64,000 nucleotides of DNA from Gammaproteobacteria bacterium (GCA_030682575.1 JAUXNX010000014.1:3839-67838); one strand, 5' to 3'; shown: positions 1 through 9,664, counted from the first letter of the stretch. Numbers and translations: made by a program. Notes: generated by a model not told the origin, from the sequence alone.

Positions 1-164
1 CCAGAGGCGGCCAAAGTACGGAAACGTGTTTCGCTACCAAACTCGGCCAGGGTTTGAGTTGAAATTTCTTCAATCAGTTTGTTGACGCTCATTTTTTTGC
101 GACGAGCCAATGCTTTTAATCGGTTGTGTTTGTCGTCGGGTAGCCGGATGGTTAAAGTAGCCAT
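1..164 (-). CDS. Ribbon-helix-helix (CopG/Arc-type) antitoxin-like protein; C-terminus cut by window edge
   Basis: Runs off the window, so it is absent from the ORF track. My reverse-strand translation from ATG 164-162 gives MATLTIRLPDDKHNRLKALARRKKMSVNKLIEEISTQTLAEFGSETRF... An N-terminal beta-strand (TIRLPD) followed by K.LA....S.N.LIEE is the usual RHH antitoxin pattern. It starts 4 nt after the stop of the PIN gene. Confidence 0.55.
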   Translation of the reverse strand, partial: MATLTIRLPDDKHNRLKALARRKKMSVNKLIEEISTQTLAEFGSETRFRTLAAS

Positions 165-168
165 GTTG

Positions 169-591
169 TTATCCTCGTAAAAATTGCTCAGGTGTCATTA
201 TGTGCAGCCCGGGAAATATCAGTTCAGAAGTTTTGATATCCCTGACATTGTTGGTAACAACACAGTAGGCATTGCCGGCAACGGCAAGCTCAATTAAAAA
301 ATTGTCGCCCTCGTCGGGCAGGTTTGGGCGCCATAGATAGTAAATGGGCACCCACTCGCAAATGCTGTAATAGGCATTGAGCAATTCTCGCAGCTCATTG
401 GGCGTCAGCGGGCATGGCTCCAGGATATGAGAGCGGCTTATCACGTCTTCATATTCCAAAAATAAGGTATTGCTAATCAATGGCTTGTAATGCCCTTGCA
501 AGCATAGGCGGATCAGCTCTCTGTCCGGGCCGCCAGGACCCAGCAGGGCATTGATCAGCACGCTGGTGTCTATGACTATGGAATTATTCAT
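169..591 (-). CDS. PIN-domain (VapC-like) putative toxin
   Basis: ORF 169..627. The likely start is the internal ATG at 591 (MNNSIVIDTSVLINAL...). The first strand ending in Asp (IVIDTSV) and later acidic positions (LEYEDV, DEGDNFLIELA, VVTNNVRD) fit the PIN acidic-residue pattern. Confidence 0.7.
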   Translation of the reverse strand: MNNSIVIDTSVLINALLGPGGPDRELIRLCLQGHYKPLISNTLFLEYEDVISRSHILEPCPLTPNELRELLNAYYSICEWVPIYYLWRPNLPDEGDNFLIELAVAGNAYCVVTNNVRDIKTSELIFPGLHIMTPEQFLRG

Positions 592-726
592 GCGCCAGAT
601 GGCTGCATATATGCTATCACTTCGCAACGCTGACTAAGCAACTAACCAGGCGCAGCAGTTCGTGCCGTCGGCGCTCGGATGGCAGCGTAGCTGTCACCGC
701 TGTGCGCGGCGTTATTCAGAGGCTCC

Positions 727-2073
727 CTAGATTGACACTCGCGTCAGGTTTTCCACTCCACTGGCTGTAACCAGCACATTGTCCTCGATCCTGATCCCGC
801 CCAGCGGGATCAGGGCATCCACCAGGTCCCAGTTGATCAGCTTGCCGCGCTCAGGCTGTTGAGAGTTGTTGCGCTCCGGATTGAGCAACTGGGGAATGAA
901 ATACAGGCCGGGCTCGATGGTGAACACCTGTCCCTTCTCGATCTTGCGGGTGTTGCGCAGTGCTGGATACTCGGAGGGTGGTGCCTTGATGTCGCCAAGC
1001 GTGTTGATCTGCCTGCCACCGACATCGTGCACCTGAATACCAAGCAAGTGTCCGACACCGTGCGGCATGAACAGCGTACTGATTTTCTGCTGCATCAGCT
1101 CGTCGAAGGAACCGTGACAGATTCCATGCTCCAACAGTATCTCTGTCACACCCTGCTGCGCTGCAATGTGAATATCGAGATACGAGATGCCCGGCACAAC
1201 GCGTTGCACGAGGCCCACTTCCAGTTCTTCCATTGCCTCTACCAGATCACTGAACAACGACAGGGTGTGTTCACGAGTGGAAGTGCGCGTGATGTCCGAG
1301 CAGTAGCCATTGACGCGACAGCCGGCGTCGATCAACAGCACCTGGCTTTGCGGAGCGACCTCGCGGCGCTTGTACTGGTAATGCAGAATTGCGGACTTCT
1401 CATCGAGCGCGACGATGTTAGTATAGGGTGTCTCCTCCTCCAGAATGTTGCACGCCCGCAGGTAAGCCATATGAATGTCGTATTCACTGCCAGCATTTTC
1501 GAACATGGCGCGCGCTGCCATATGTCCTTCCAGTGCGATGCGATTGGCCTTGCGGATACAGGCCACTTCGTAGTCGGTCTTGTACGCGCGGTGATAGTCG
1601 AGCCGGTCGAGCAATGCAGGAGGATTGTGGGCAGCAGGTGGTATGCCAATCGCGGTAGCGTAGTGAGTGTTCTCTCCAAGATACGCCAACTGTGATGGCT
1701 GCAGGCCGAGGCACTGCAACTGATCGGCTACCTCGCTGCTGCTCTCCAGCAAGTAGACAGTGAATGGCTCTGCTACCCAGTCTTCGAGTGTAATGTTCTG
1801 TTCATGCCAGAAATCCCTTGGCACCACCTGGAAGTAGACAGGCTTGTCGCCAGGTACGATCAGCACAAGTTGGTTGGGACGATTGACCGGCAACCAGTGC
1901 GTGAAGTGACCATACGCACGAAACGACACGGTCTGATCATCCGCGTAGTAGTACTGATCTGTGCCGCTGTGCAGCAGAATGGCACTGCACGCGTTGCAGG
2001 TTTCAGTCAGTGCGCTGCCATAGAGTGCGCGCAGGTGTTTGATGTGGTCTGCATAATGCTGGGCGAAGGACAT
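727..2073 (-). CDS. pepQ: Xaa-Pro dipeptidase (prolidase, M24B)
   Basis: 448 aa. Metal-site motifs of M24 peptidases are present: LIDAGC..NGYCSDITRT, HGVGHLLGIQVHD, FTIEPGLYF, GGIRIEDNV. Length and N-terminus resemble enterobacterial PepQ. Confidence 0.85.
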   Translation of the reverse strand: MSFAQHYADHIKHLRALYGSALTETCNACSAILLHSGTDQYYYADDQTVSFRAYGHFTHWLPVNRPNQLVLIVPGDKPVYFQVVPRDFWHEQNITLEDWVAEPFTVYLLESSSEVADQLQCLGLQPSQLAYLGENTHYATAIGIPPAAHNPPALLDRLDYHRAYKTDYEVACIRKANRIALEGHMAARAMFENAGSEYDIHMAYLRACNILEEETPYTNIVALDEKSAILHYQYKRREVAPQSQVLLIDAGCRVNGYCSDITRTSTREHTLSLFSDLVEAMEELEVGLVQRVVPGISYLDIHIAAQQGVTEILLEHGICHGSFDELMQQKISTLFMPHGVGHLLGIQVHDVGGRQINTLGDIKAPPSEYPALRNTRKIEKGQVFTIEPGLYFIPQLLNPERNNSQQPERGKLINWDLVDALIPLGGIRIEDNVLVTASGVENLTRVSI

Positions 2074-2226
2074 GTTTCACCTGTCATGAGTGGACTCTGA
2101 GTGCCATATTGGTGTGCCTGTCGAGCAGGACAATAACACAACCCCGCCGTCCTTGCTGGCCTGCAGCGATGGCGCTATGATGCGGACAAGCGGCACAAGG
2201 CAAACAACCCCGGAGAACATTAGAGC

Positions 2227-2646
2227 ATGAGCATCATCAAGGAATTCAAAGAATTTGCGGTGCGTGGCAATGTTGTGGATATGGCCGTCGGTATCATCAT
2301 CGGCGCGGCATTCGGCAAGATTGTTTCGTCCTTTGTCGCAGATGTGATCATGCCACCGCTTGGCGTTCTGCTCGGTGGAGTAGACTTCACTGATCTGACC
2401 GTGGTGTTGAGAGCCGCAGCGGGTGATGTTCCAGAAGTTACACTGCGCTACGGACTTTTCATTCAGACAGTGGTGGACTTCACCATCGTGGCCTTCGCCG
2501 TGTTCGTTGCCATAAAGTTCATCAACCGCCTGAAGAAGAAAGAAGAAGCATCACCGACACCTCCTGAGGTGCCACCTCCCCCATCAAAAGAGGAGCTGCT
2601 TCTTGCCGAGATTCGCGATCTGCTGAAGAAGCAATCCGACGCGTAA
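2227..2646 (+). CDS. mscL: Large-conductance mechanosensitive channel
   Basis: 139 aa. The N-terminus [46 protein letters not shown] is the canonical MscL signature. Confidence 0.95.
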   Translation: MSIIKEFKEFAVRGNVVDMAVGIIIGAAFGKIVSSFVADVIMPPLGVLLGGVDFTDLTVVLRAAAGDVPEVTLRYGLFIQTVVDFTIVAFAVFVAIKFINRLKKKEEASPTPPEVPPPPSKEELLLAEIRDLLKKQSDA

Positions 2647-2670
2647 CGGAAATCATAATAACAAGAGGTT

Positions 2671-3084
2671 GTGTCCATGAGTCGAGAGGCCGGACCGTTT
2701 CATCTGGACAGTACTTATTTTCGCTTGCGACCTGATGCGTCAGCGCAACCAATGCCGGTGGGCGACAGTTTCTGGAAGGATCTGAGCAGCGGCGCACTGG
2801 GTGACTTTCACAATGAGTATCTGGTGACGACTCACAGCTTCAGTGAGAACTGGCCCATGTGGGAGATGCATCCTAACGGGGATGAAATCGTCGTGCTGTT
2901 GTCCGGATCGGTTGATTTCATTCTCGAAAAAAAGACTGGCAACCGGGTGATGCCACTGCGGGATTGTGGTGGCTGGGTGCTGGTGCCGACTGGTATGTGG
3001 CACACGGCAAAGGTGCATGCTCCGAGTACCATGCTCTTCATCACAGCAGGCGAGGGCACGCAACACAGGCAGGTGGATCTGTAG
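2671..3084 (+). CDS. Cupin-domain protein
   Basis: 137 aa. HPNGDEIVVLLSG...VLVPTGMWH resembles the two cupin motifs. The track start is GTG 2671; ATG 2677 is an alternative. Confidence 0.5.
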   Translation: MSMSREAGPFHLDSTYFRLRPDASAQPMPVGDSFWKDLSSGALGDFHNEYLVTTHSFSENWPMWEMHPNGDEIVVLLSGSVDFILEKKTGNRVMPLRDCGGWVLVPTGMWHTAKVHAPSTMLFITAGEGTQHRQVDL

Positions 3085-3112
3085 TCATGGATTCGCAGTA
3101 TCAGGGGCGCAC

Positions 3113-3796
3113 ATGCTGACTCTCTACATCGCCAACAAGAATTACTCATCCTGGTCACTGCGACCGTGGATACTCATGCGTGTTCTCGACATTCCATTCG
3201 AGGAACGTCTGGTCCCGTTCACGGCTAATTCCAACTGGGAAGAATTCCGTCGTTTCTCACCGAGCGGCAAGGTGCCTGCTTTGGTGACGGATCATGGCAC
3301 TATCTGGGATTCGCTTGCCATCGCAGAGTTTCTGGCAGAGCAGCATGCGAATGTCTGGCCAGCGGAGCAGATGACTCGTGCCTGGGCGCGCTCGGCTTCC
3401 GCAGAAATGCATTCGGGGTTCGCCGTGTTGCGCGAGCGCTGTTCAATGAATGTCGGCGTGGAGATTCGACTGCACGAAACAGGTGATGCGCTGCGCAGGG
3501 ACATTGCGCGGGTCAATGAATTGTGGAAAGAGGGACTCGATCGCTTCGGTGGTCCATTTCTGGCGGGACCGCAGTTCACTGCTGTGGATGCGTTCTACTG
3601 CCCGGTGGCATTTCGCGTACAGACTTACGGCCTGAGGCTGGACGCTCCGGCAACGGCCTACGCGCAACGATTGCTCGCGCTGCCGCCCATGCTGGAGTGG
3701 ATGAAGGACGCCGTGGCCGAACCATGGCGGGATGAGGACCACGAGGAAGATTGTCTGCGCGCGGGAACTCTGTTGCGGGACTTGCGATTAAGGTGA
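3113..3796 (+). CDS. Glutathione S-transferase family protein
   Basis: ORF 2966..3796. The credible start is in-frame ATG 3113 (MLTLYIANKNYSSWSLRPW...). It has a GST N-terminal thioredoxin-like fold pattern (VPALV..., WDSLAIAEFL). It is a paralogue of 17212..17871. Confidence 0.75.
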   Translation: MLTLYIANKNYSSWSLRPWILMRVLDIPFEERLVPFTANSNWEEFRRFSPSGKVPALVTDHGTIWDSLAIAEFLAEQHANVWPAEQMTRAWARSASAEMHSGFAVLRERCSMNVGVEIRLHETGDALRRDIARVNELWKEGLDRFGGPFLAGPQFTAVDAFYCPVAFRVQTYGLRLDAPATAYAQRLLALPPMLEWMKDAVAEPWRDEDHEEDCLRAGTLLRDLRLR

Positions 3797-3799
3797 TTC

Positions 3800-4516
3800 A
3801 TGATTGATCCGGACAAGTTGCACAATCTGAAACGTTACACCGCCAATTTCTGGATGGAGTTTCGCGCAGTGGCGGTATTTCTGGTGTTGATGATTGCGTT
3901 CCGCAGTGCGGTGGCAGACTGGAGTGATGTGCCGACCGGCTCGATGAAGCCGACCATCATTGAAGGCGACAGAATTTTCGTGAAGAAGCTTGCCTACGAT
4001 CTGCGTTTGCCATTGACGCACATTTCTCTGTTGCGGCTCGCCGACCCCCAGCGTGGGGACATCATCATCTTCGATTCCGCTGTTTCCGAGTTACGCCTGG
4101 TCAAGCGAGTCATTGGCGTGCCAGGTGATGTGGTGGAAGTGCGTAGTGATGTTGTGTATGTCAACGGTGAACCGTTGCATTACAGCCTCGTTGAGGACGC
4201 AAGCGACTTCGACGGATCCGACTTCGCGCGGGATATGAGAGAGAGTATACAAGCCGACAACTCTGGCGATAATGACTTGCGAGAGTACACCGTAAGGATG
4301 ACGCGCGGCGGTCGCCTGTCATCCTATGGCCCAGTAGAGGTGCCGGATGACTCTTATTTCGTGCTTGGCGATAATCGCGACAACAGCGCAGACTCCCGTG
4401 TGATTGGTTTTGTGCCGCGCAGCGAAATCGTGGGGCGCTCCGATAGTGTGGTACTGTCGCTGGATTACGAGAATTCCTATCTTCCCAGAACGGAGCGGTT
4501 CTTCCACACACTCTAA
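3800..4516 (+). CDS. lepB: Signal peptidase I
   Basis: 238 aa. It has an N-terminal TM and catalytic Ser box GSMKPTI. It also has the Lys box LVKRVIGVPGD and the GDNRDNSADSR box. Confidence 0.85.
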   Translation: MIDPDKLHNLKRYTANFWMEFRAVAVFLVLMIAFRSAVADWSDVPTGSMKPTIIEGDRIFVKKLAYDLRLPLTHISLLRLADPQRGDIIIFDSAVSELRLVKRVIGVPGDVVEVRSDVVYVNGEPLHYSLVEDASDFDGSDFARDMRESIQADNSGDNDLREYTVRMTRGGRLSSYGPVEVPDDSYFVLGDNRDNSADSRVIGFVPRSEIVGRSDSVVLSLDYENSYLPRTERFFHTL

Positions 4517-4526
4517 TCAAAGCAGA

Positions 4527-5405
4527 TTATTTCTCACGCACCCGGATCAACCCTTCCTGAGCCACCGACACCACCAGCTCGCCACTCTGCCTGAAAATAT
4601 TGCCACGACTGAAGCCGCGTCCTGCCGAGCTGGAAGGGCTGTCCTGCACATACAGCAACCACTCGTCTGCACGGAAGGGGCGGTGAAACCACATCGCGTG
4701 ATCCAGACTGGCGACCTGCAGGCGGTTGGAGAACAGACTCATGCCATGGGGGCGCAGACTGGTTTCAAGGATGGTCATGTCTGAAGCATACGCAAGGATA
4801 TGGGCGTGCCAGGCATAATCATCGGGCAAAGTGGTGTTCAGCTTCATCCACACGCTGCGAGTTGGTGGGCGTTTTTCAGGATGCAGATAATTTTCCGATT
4901 CGACCTGGCGAAGGTCGATTGCAAATGGGCGAGAGAAGCGCGCCAGCATTTCTGCTGACATCGAGTCCTTGTATTGCTCCGCCAACTGCTTGCGTGTCAG
5001 ACAATGTTCCGGTGGTGGCACTGTTGGCATCTCGCTCTGATGCGAAAGCCCTGCTTCCAGCACCTGAAAGGACGCCGCCAGATTGAGGATGACTTCGCCG
5101 TTCTGCATCGCGCTCACGCGACGCGTATTGAAGCTCTTGCCATCTCGTAAACGTTCCACCACGAAAATGATCGGATGGTTCAGATCGCCTGGCCGCATGA
5201 AATAACTGTGCAGGGAATGCGGTTGCCGATCAGCAGGTACCGTGCGGCTTGCACTCAACAATGCCTGTGCAAGAACCTGCCCGCCATACACTCGCATCCA
5301 GCCCTCGTTCTTGTGCGTGCTGCGATACAGATCCACGTCCAGGGTTTCCAGTTCAAGATGGTCGAAGAGTTGTTGAAGCTGCTGATTGCTCTGGTCACTT
5401 GTCAT
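4527..5405 (-). CDS. tesB: Acyl-CoA thioesterase II
   Basis: ORF 4527..5501. The likely start is ATG 5405 (MTSDQSNQQLQQLFDHLELE...). A double hot-dog TesB pattern is present: LYRS...VYGGQVLAQAL, HSLHSYF, DHAMWFHRPF. Confidence 0.8.
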   Translation of the reverse strand: MTSDQSNQQLQQLFDHLELETLDVDLYRSTHKNEGWMRVYGGQVLAQALLSASRTVPADRQPHSLHSYFMRPGDLNHPIIFVVERLRDGKSFNTRRVSAMQNGEVILNLAASFQVLEAGLSHQSEMPTVPPPEHCLTRKQLAEQYKDSMSAEMLARFSRPFAIDLRQVESENYLHPEKRPPTRSVWMKLNTTLPDDYAWHAHILAYASDMTILETSLRPHGMSLFSNRLQVASLDHAMWFHRPFRADEWLLYVQDSPSSSAGRGFSRGNIFRQSGELVVSVAQEGLIRVREK

Positions 5406-5615
5406 GGGTCTTCTCGAGAAAGAAAGGTAAAAAAGATTGCGTGTTGATGTGGTGCAGTCTATCAGTTTCCCCCGTCTGTACGGCAATCGTTGTCTGACCA
5501 AGGCAATGGATCAGACGTGCCGTCCGGCCTGCCTTTACGGAGTCAGACGTCCCGCGTATGATCGGGCCTCAGCCGTAAAACGGCATTACAAGAACAAGAA
5601 AGTGAGGATTAGGGT

Positions 5616-6110
5616 ATGCGTCATTTCGGAGCGATTGCAGGTGCAGCCGTCCTGGTTTCGGCAGCAGTACTGTGGGGTAGCGATCAGGAACTCAATGCGG
5701 CGGCCAACGATCTTGAGGCCGTGAAGAGGCAGTTCGTTGGGCATTACGAACTCTTGAGCTTCATCTCCTATCCCGAAGAGGGGGGTGAAGTTGACAACAA
5801 TTACGAAGGTCGTATCACCTACGATGAACATGACAACATGACCGCACAGGGTATGCCGAAGGATCTGCCCGTGCGTGCTGCAGCCAGTGATCGCAATGTC
5901 AGTGGCGGCTTCGCCTACTATGGCGATGTGACGTGGGACATCGAAAATCAGATTGTCACTCATCATGTGAAAGGCTCGCCAAGTCGTGGCAGCTGGGTCG
6001 GAGAAGACAATGTGCGTCATTACGAGTTCGTGGACGGGCTGTTGAAACTCTCCATCGTGAATGAAGAAGGCCGTACCACCGGGACGTTGACCTGGCGCAA
6101 ATACGAATGA
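5616..6110 (+). CDS. Secreted lipocalin-like-domain protein (hypothetical)
   Basis: 164 aa. It has an N-terminal signal-like segment (AIAGAAVLVSAAVLW). FVGHYELLSF...GRITYDEHDNMTAQ...G.YYGDVTWD resembles the bacterial lipocalin-like domain. It lies 15 nt upstream of the DUF2868 gene. Confidence 0.4.
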   Translation: MRHFGAIAGAAVLVSAAVLWGSDQELNAAANDLEAVKRQFVGHYELLSFISYPEEGGEVDNNYEGRITYDEHDNMTAQGMPKDLPVRAAASDRNVSGGFAYYGDVTWDIENQIVTHHVKGSPSRGSWVGEDNVRHYEFVDGLLKLSIVNEEGRTTGTLTWRKYE

Positions 6111-6125
6111 GCCAGAGATCGGACG

Positions 6126-7646
6126 GTGAGTAAGACCCCGCAAAAACCCCTTTCCCGGTTCGACGCATGCTGGCTTGCCGAGGCTGTACGCCTTCACGAG
6201 CAGCAAGCAGCCAACGAATCCGCACTAGAGTTCTCAGAACCTTTCTCATTGCCTGAGTCGAACCCGCAAGGGTTCGAGGAAGCCTGGTTGTTGCGGCGCT
6301 CATATGTGCTTGGCACTGAACTGGGCATGCTCGATACCATCCACACGTGGCGCCGTCACGCGGGGATTGCACTGGTGCTGCTGGGTACGCTGGCAGTCAT
6401 TAGTGGTTTTACTGCAGCTCTCAGCTTCTTTGGTGCGGAGAATCGTCAAGTCAACGTGATCTGGACGCTGTTGGGCCTGATTGGTCTGCCGTTGCTGGCG
6501 TTATTGCTGTGGGTTGCCGGATTGGTCTTCAGCGTGGGTGGCAGACAGGGCAGAGGAGCTGGCGGCGTCTTCGGGCGACTCTGGTTGTGGCTGGTCAGTC
6601 GCTGGCCGCGCACTGAGCCAACCAACCCTTCGTCTGCGAGCGAACCTGCTCGCGATGAAGCGCCCGTGGTCTTCCGCGCCCCCCAAGTTGCCCATGACAC
6701 TGTAATACGAGCCCTTGCCGCGATGATGAGTCGCTCTGGAGTTGGGACATGGCTGCTCAGCTTCATCACGCACAGTCTGTGGCTGCTATTGCTCACAGCT
6801 ACACTGATCGCGATATTGCTGGTGCTGAGCTTGCGCAGCTACGGTTTTGTTCTGGAGACCACGATATTGTCGCCGGAGGTTTTTACACGGCTCGTGCAGG
6901 GTTTTGGAGCGCTACCGGCACAGATCGGTTTCGCAGTGCCCGATGCGGACATGATCACTGCAGCCCTGACGGGCGAGGTCGTGACGCAGGTTGAGTCAGC
7001 GCGCAGGGCCTGGTCCTCGTGGCTGATCGGCGGCCTGCTCGTCTATGCTGTTTTCCCTCGTCTGTTGGCGTGGGGGCTCAGTCTCGTGCGATTGCTGGTT
7101 TTGTTTAGTCGCACAGGACTGGATCTGAGTCTTCCGGGATACGCGGATTTGTTGGCCAGGGAAGTGCGTCGAGCCTCTCCCGGTATCGTGGATGCGGCGC
7201 CACCAGCCCCGGCTGTGCGCCGCGTTGCTGATGTACATCGCGTGCCCGGTCGTGGTGCCGTGTTGTTGGGGTTGGAGTTGCGAGGGACCATAGCCTGGCC
7301 GCCAGGAGGCATTGCCAATGCACGTCCGCTATTCACTGTGGCCGAAATTGTCGACAGCCGCGAACAGCGACGCCTTGTGCTGACGCGCTTCAAGGCCGAG
7401 CCTCCTGCACGGCTTCTCGTCGCCTGCGATGCAGGCCTCTCTCCCGATCGCGGTGCTCTGGAATGGTTGGTGGATGTCTCACAATATGCGGGTGAGTTGC
7501 GTGTGTGGTTGCTTGATGCGCAATTAGAGGCGGGACAAGAACGGTTACATGCCTGGCGCGATAGTCTTGGCGCTATTGGTCTGGCTGGCAACCGCGTGAT
7601 TTCCGGAGAAACTGCCGCTTTCGATTGGTTGAACCGCCATGACTGA
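6126..7646 (+). CDS. DUF2868-family polytopic membrane protein
   Basis: 506 aa with a GTG start. It has several TM helices and an Arg/Ala-rich C-terminal half. It overlaps the downstream GTPase gene by 8 nt. I recall DUF2868 + GTPase/DUF3482 as a conserved pair in pseudomonads. Confidence 0.55.
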   Translation: MSKTPQKPLSRFDACWLAEAVRLHEQQAANESALEFSEPFSLPESNPQGFEEAWLLRRSYVLGTELGMLDTIHTWRRHAGIALVLLGTLAVISGFTAALSFFGAENRQVNVIWTLLGLIGLPLLALLLWVAGLVFSVGGRQGRGAGGVFGRLWLWLVSRWPRTEPTNPSSASEPARDEAPVVFRAPQVAHDTVIRALAAMMSRSGVGTWLLSFITHSLWLLLLTATLIAILLVLSLRSYGFVLETTILSPEVFTRLVQGFGALPAQIGFAVPDADMITAALTGEVVTQVESARRAWSSWLIGGLLVYAVFPRLLAWGLSLVRLLVLFSRTGLDLSLPGYADLLAREVRRASPGIVDAAPPAPAVRRVADVHRVPGRGAVLLGLELRGTIAWPPGGIANARPLFTVAEIVDSREQRRLVLTRFKAEPPARLLVACDAGLSPDRGALEWLVDVSQYAGELRVWLLDAQLEAGQERLHAWRDSLGAIGLAGNRVISGETAAFDWLNRHD

Positions 7647-9105
7647 CTCTTCCGTACACAATGCTTCCCTGACCTCCGCAGACAGCCCGAGCGCTCGTGG
7701 ACCGTTGCGTGTCGCAGTGGTGGGGCATACCAATACCGGCAAGACCTCGTTGTTACGCACTCTCACTCGCGATACAGGTTTCGGAGAAGTGTCCGCTCGT
7801 CCTGGCACGACTCGTCACGTGGAGGGGGCACGATTGACCGTTGGCGCTGAACTGATCGTGGAGTTCTACGATACTCCCGGTATGGAGGATGCCATCGCGC
7901 TGCTTGAGTTGCTGGATGCCCAGGCATCAGGTGGAGGACGGCGCCTTGATGGACCAGGCCGGATTCAGCAGTTCCTGCAGTCGCCCGCCGCCAGTGGGCG
8001 CTTCGAGCAGGAGGCGAAGGTGTTGCGGCAGATGCTTGCCAGTGATGCCGCTGTTTATGTCATCGATGCACGTGACCCGGTGCTGGCGAAGTATCGCGAC
8101 GAGCTGGAGATTCTGGCCAACTGTGCCGTGCCGATTCTGCCGCTGCTGAATTTTACCCGCGATCCGCGTGCCGACGAACGTGGTTGGCGTGAGGCGCTGG
8201 CAAGGCTGGGTTTGCATGTCCTGGTGAGTTTCGACACAGTGGCGCCGGTGCGCGGCGGCGAGCGAGTCTTGTACGAGAAATTGGCGACATTCCTCGACCA
8301 GCGCGGGGAGTCGCTGCTGCGACTGACTGCCAGTCAATCCCGTGAGGCACAGCAACGGCGCATTGCTGCAGCCCGCTTGGTCGCTGAATTGTTGATCGAT
8401 GTGGCAGCCTGTCGTGTGCGAGTCGAAAGCGCCGATACTCCGAGTGCCCTTGATGCGACTGTGACGGAACTGAATCGTCGGGTACGTGCACGGGAGCAGA
8501 GCTGTGTCGATGCCCTGCTGGGCCTGTATCGTTTCAGTCGACAAGATGTCGCCACTACCCATCTGCCCTTCAGCGAGGGTGGTTGGCGGGACGATCTGTT
8601 TGATCCCAGGACCCTCACAGCCTTTGGTATATCCCTTGGCGGTGGGGCGGCTGCAGGTGCCGCTGCCGGTCTTGGTGTTGATCTCATGCTGGGAGGAACG
8701 ACTCTGGGTGCCGCTGCTGCCATCGGAGCGTTGATGGGCGGTGGGCTGCAGACGATCCGCCGCTTCGGTCGACGCATTGGCAGGCAGGCACTCAGCGCCG
8801 TCACGGGCAGTCGTTATCTGCGGATTGATGACCACATACTGCAGATTCTTGCGACTCGGCAACTGTTTCTGGTGCAGGCTCTGCAGGCGCGTGGTCACGC
8901 GGCCATTGAGCAGATCGCCGTGGAGGACATCTCAGCTCCGGCGCTCTGGCAGGGACGTTTGCCAGCAGTGCTGCAGAAAGTGCGCGAGCACCCGGATTGG
9001 TCCGGTCTCTATCACGTCACGAGTTGGGACAGTGGTAGACAGCGCAGCCTGGATGAGGCGACCAGGGTGTTGGAGCAAGCACTGGCGGATATGGTCTCCA
9101 GGTGA
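7639..9105 (+). CDS. Membrane-anchored GTPase, DUF3482 family
   Basis: 488 aa. P-loop VVGHTNTGKTSLLRTL, G2-like GTTRHV and G3 DTPG are present. The C-terminal half carries a glycine-zipper TM region (GGGAAAGAAAGLGVDLMLGGTTLGAAAAIGALMGGG). Confidence 0.7.
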   Translation: MTDSSVHNASLTSADSPSARGPLRVAVVGHTNTGKTSLLRTLTRDTGFGEVSARPGTTRHVEGARLTVGAELIVEFYDTPGMEDAIALLELLDAQASGGGRRLDGPGRIQQFLQSPAASGRFEQEAKVLRQMLASDAAVYVIDARDPVLAKYRDELEILANCAVPILPLLNFTRDPRADERGWREALARLGLHVLVSFDTVAPVRGGERVLYEKLATFLDQRGESLLRLTASQSREAQQRRIAAARLVAELLIDVAACRVRVESADTPSALDATVTELNRRVRAREQSCVDALLGLYRFSRQDVATTHLPFSEGGWRDDLFDPRTLTAFGISLGGGAAAGAAAGLGVDLMLGGTTLGAAAAIGALMGGGLQTIRRFGRRIGRQALSAVTGSRYLRIDDHILQILATRQLFLVQALQARGHAAIEQIAVEDISAPALWQGRLPAVLQKVREHPDWSGLYHVTSWDSGRQRSLDEATRVLEQALADMVSR

Positions 9106-9189
9106 TTGTCCGAAGTGTAATACCGGCGCTAATATTCCGCGCAGTAGATCCCGGGTCCCCGGTGATCGTCCTGATCCCTCGGATGAACC

Positions 9190-9552
9190 ATGAGTCACCC
9201 AATCCTTTTCAGCATCTCACTGCTCACCCTGAGCAACGTATTCATGACCTTTGCCTGGTATGCCCATCTCAAGGACATGAGCCAGAAGCCCTGGCTCGTC
9301 GCCGCCCTGCTGAGTTGGGGTATCGCGCTATTCGAATACCTGCTGCAAGTGCCGGCCAATCGGGTGGGCTATACGGTGTTTTCTCTCGGACAGCTGAAGA
9401 TCATGCAGGAAGCCATCACGCTGACGGTCTTCGTGCCCTTCGCGCTGTTGTATATGCGCGAACCACTCAAGCTCGACTATCTCTGGAGTGCGCTGTGCAT
9501 CATGGGTGCAGTATTCTTCGCCTTTCGCAGCAAACTGTTTGGCGAGGCGTAG
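9190..9552 (+). CDS. DMT-superfamily small membrane protein (DUF486)
   Basis: 120 aa with four hydrophobic helices. The N-terminus ...LLTLSNVFMTFAWYAHLK... is typical of DUF486 proteins as I recall them. Confidence 0.65.
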   Translation: MSHPILFSISLLTLSNVFMTFAWYAHLKDMSQKPWLVAALLSWGIALFEYLLQVPANRVGYTVFSLGQLKIMQEAITLTVFVPFALLYMREPLKLDYLWSALCIMGAVFFAFRSKLFGEA

Positions 9553-9664
9553 AGTCAAGATATGGCCGCACAAGCCGTTGATTGATTCTTGTGATGATGT
9601 GGTTTACTTTCGCCGAACCCGATTTTCGAACCGATCATCAACGGCATCTCCCAGGTGACCCATC

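Noticed and set aside
9172-9177. Additional TGATCC / GGATCA hexamers (for example 792, 9172, 27453, 5508) as further ChrR-type ECF promoters.
   Set aside because: None has CGTA at a 16-17-nt spacing, and several are inside coding regions.
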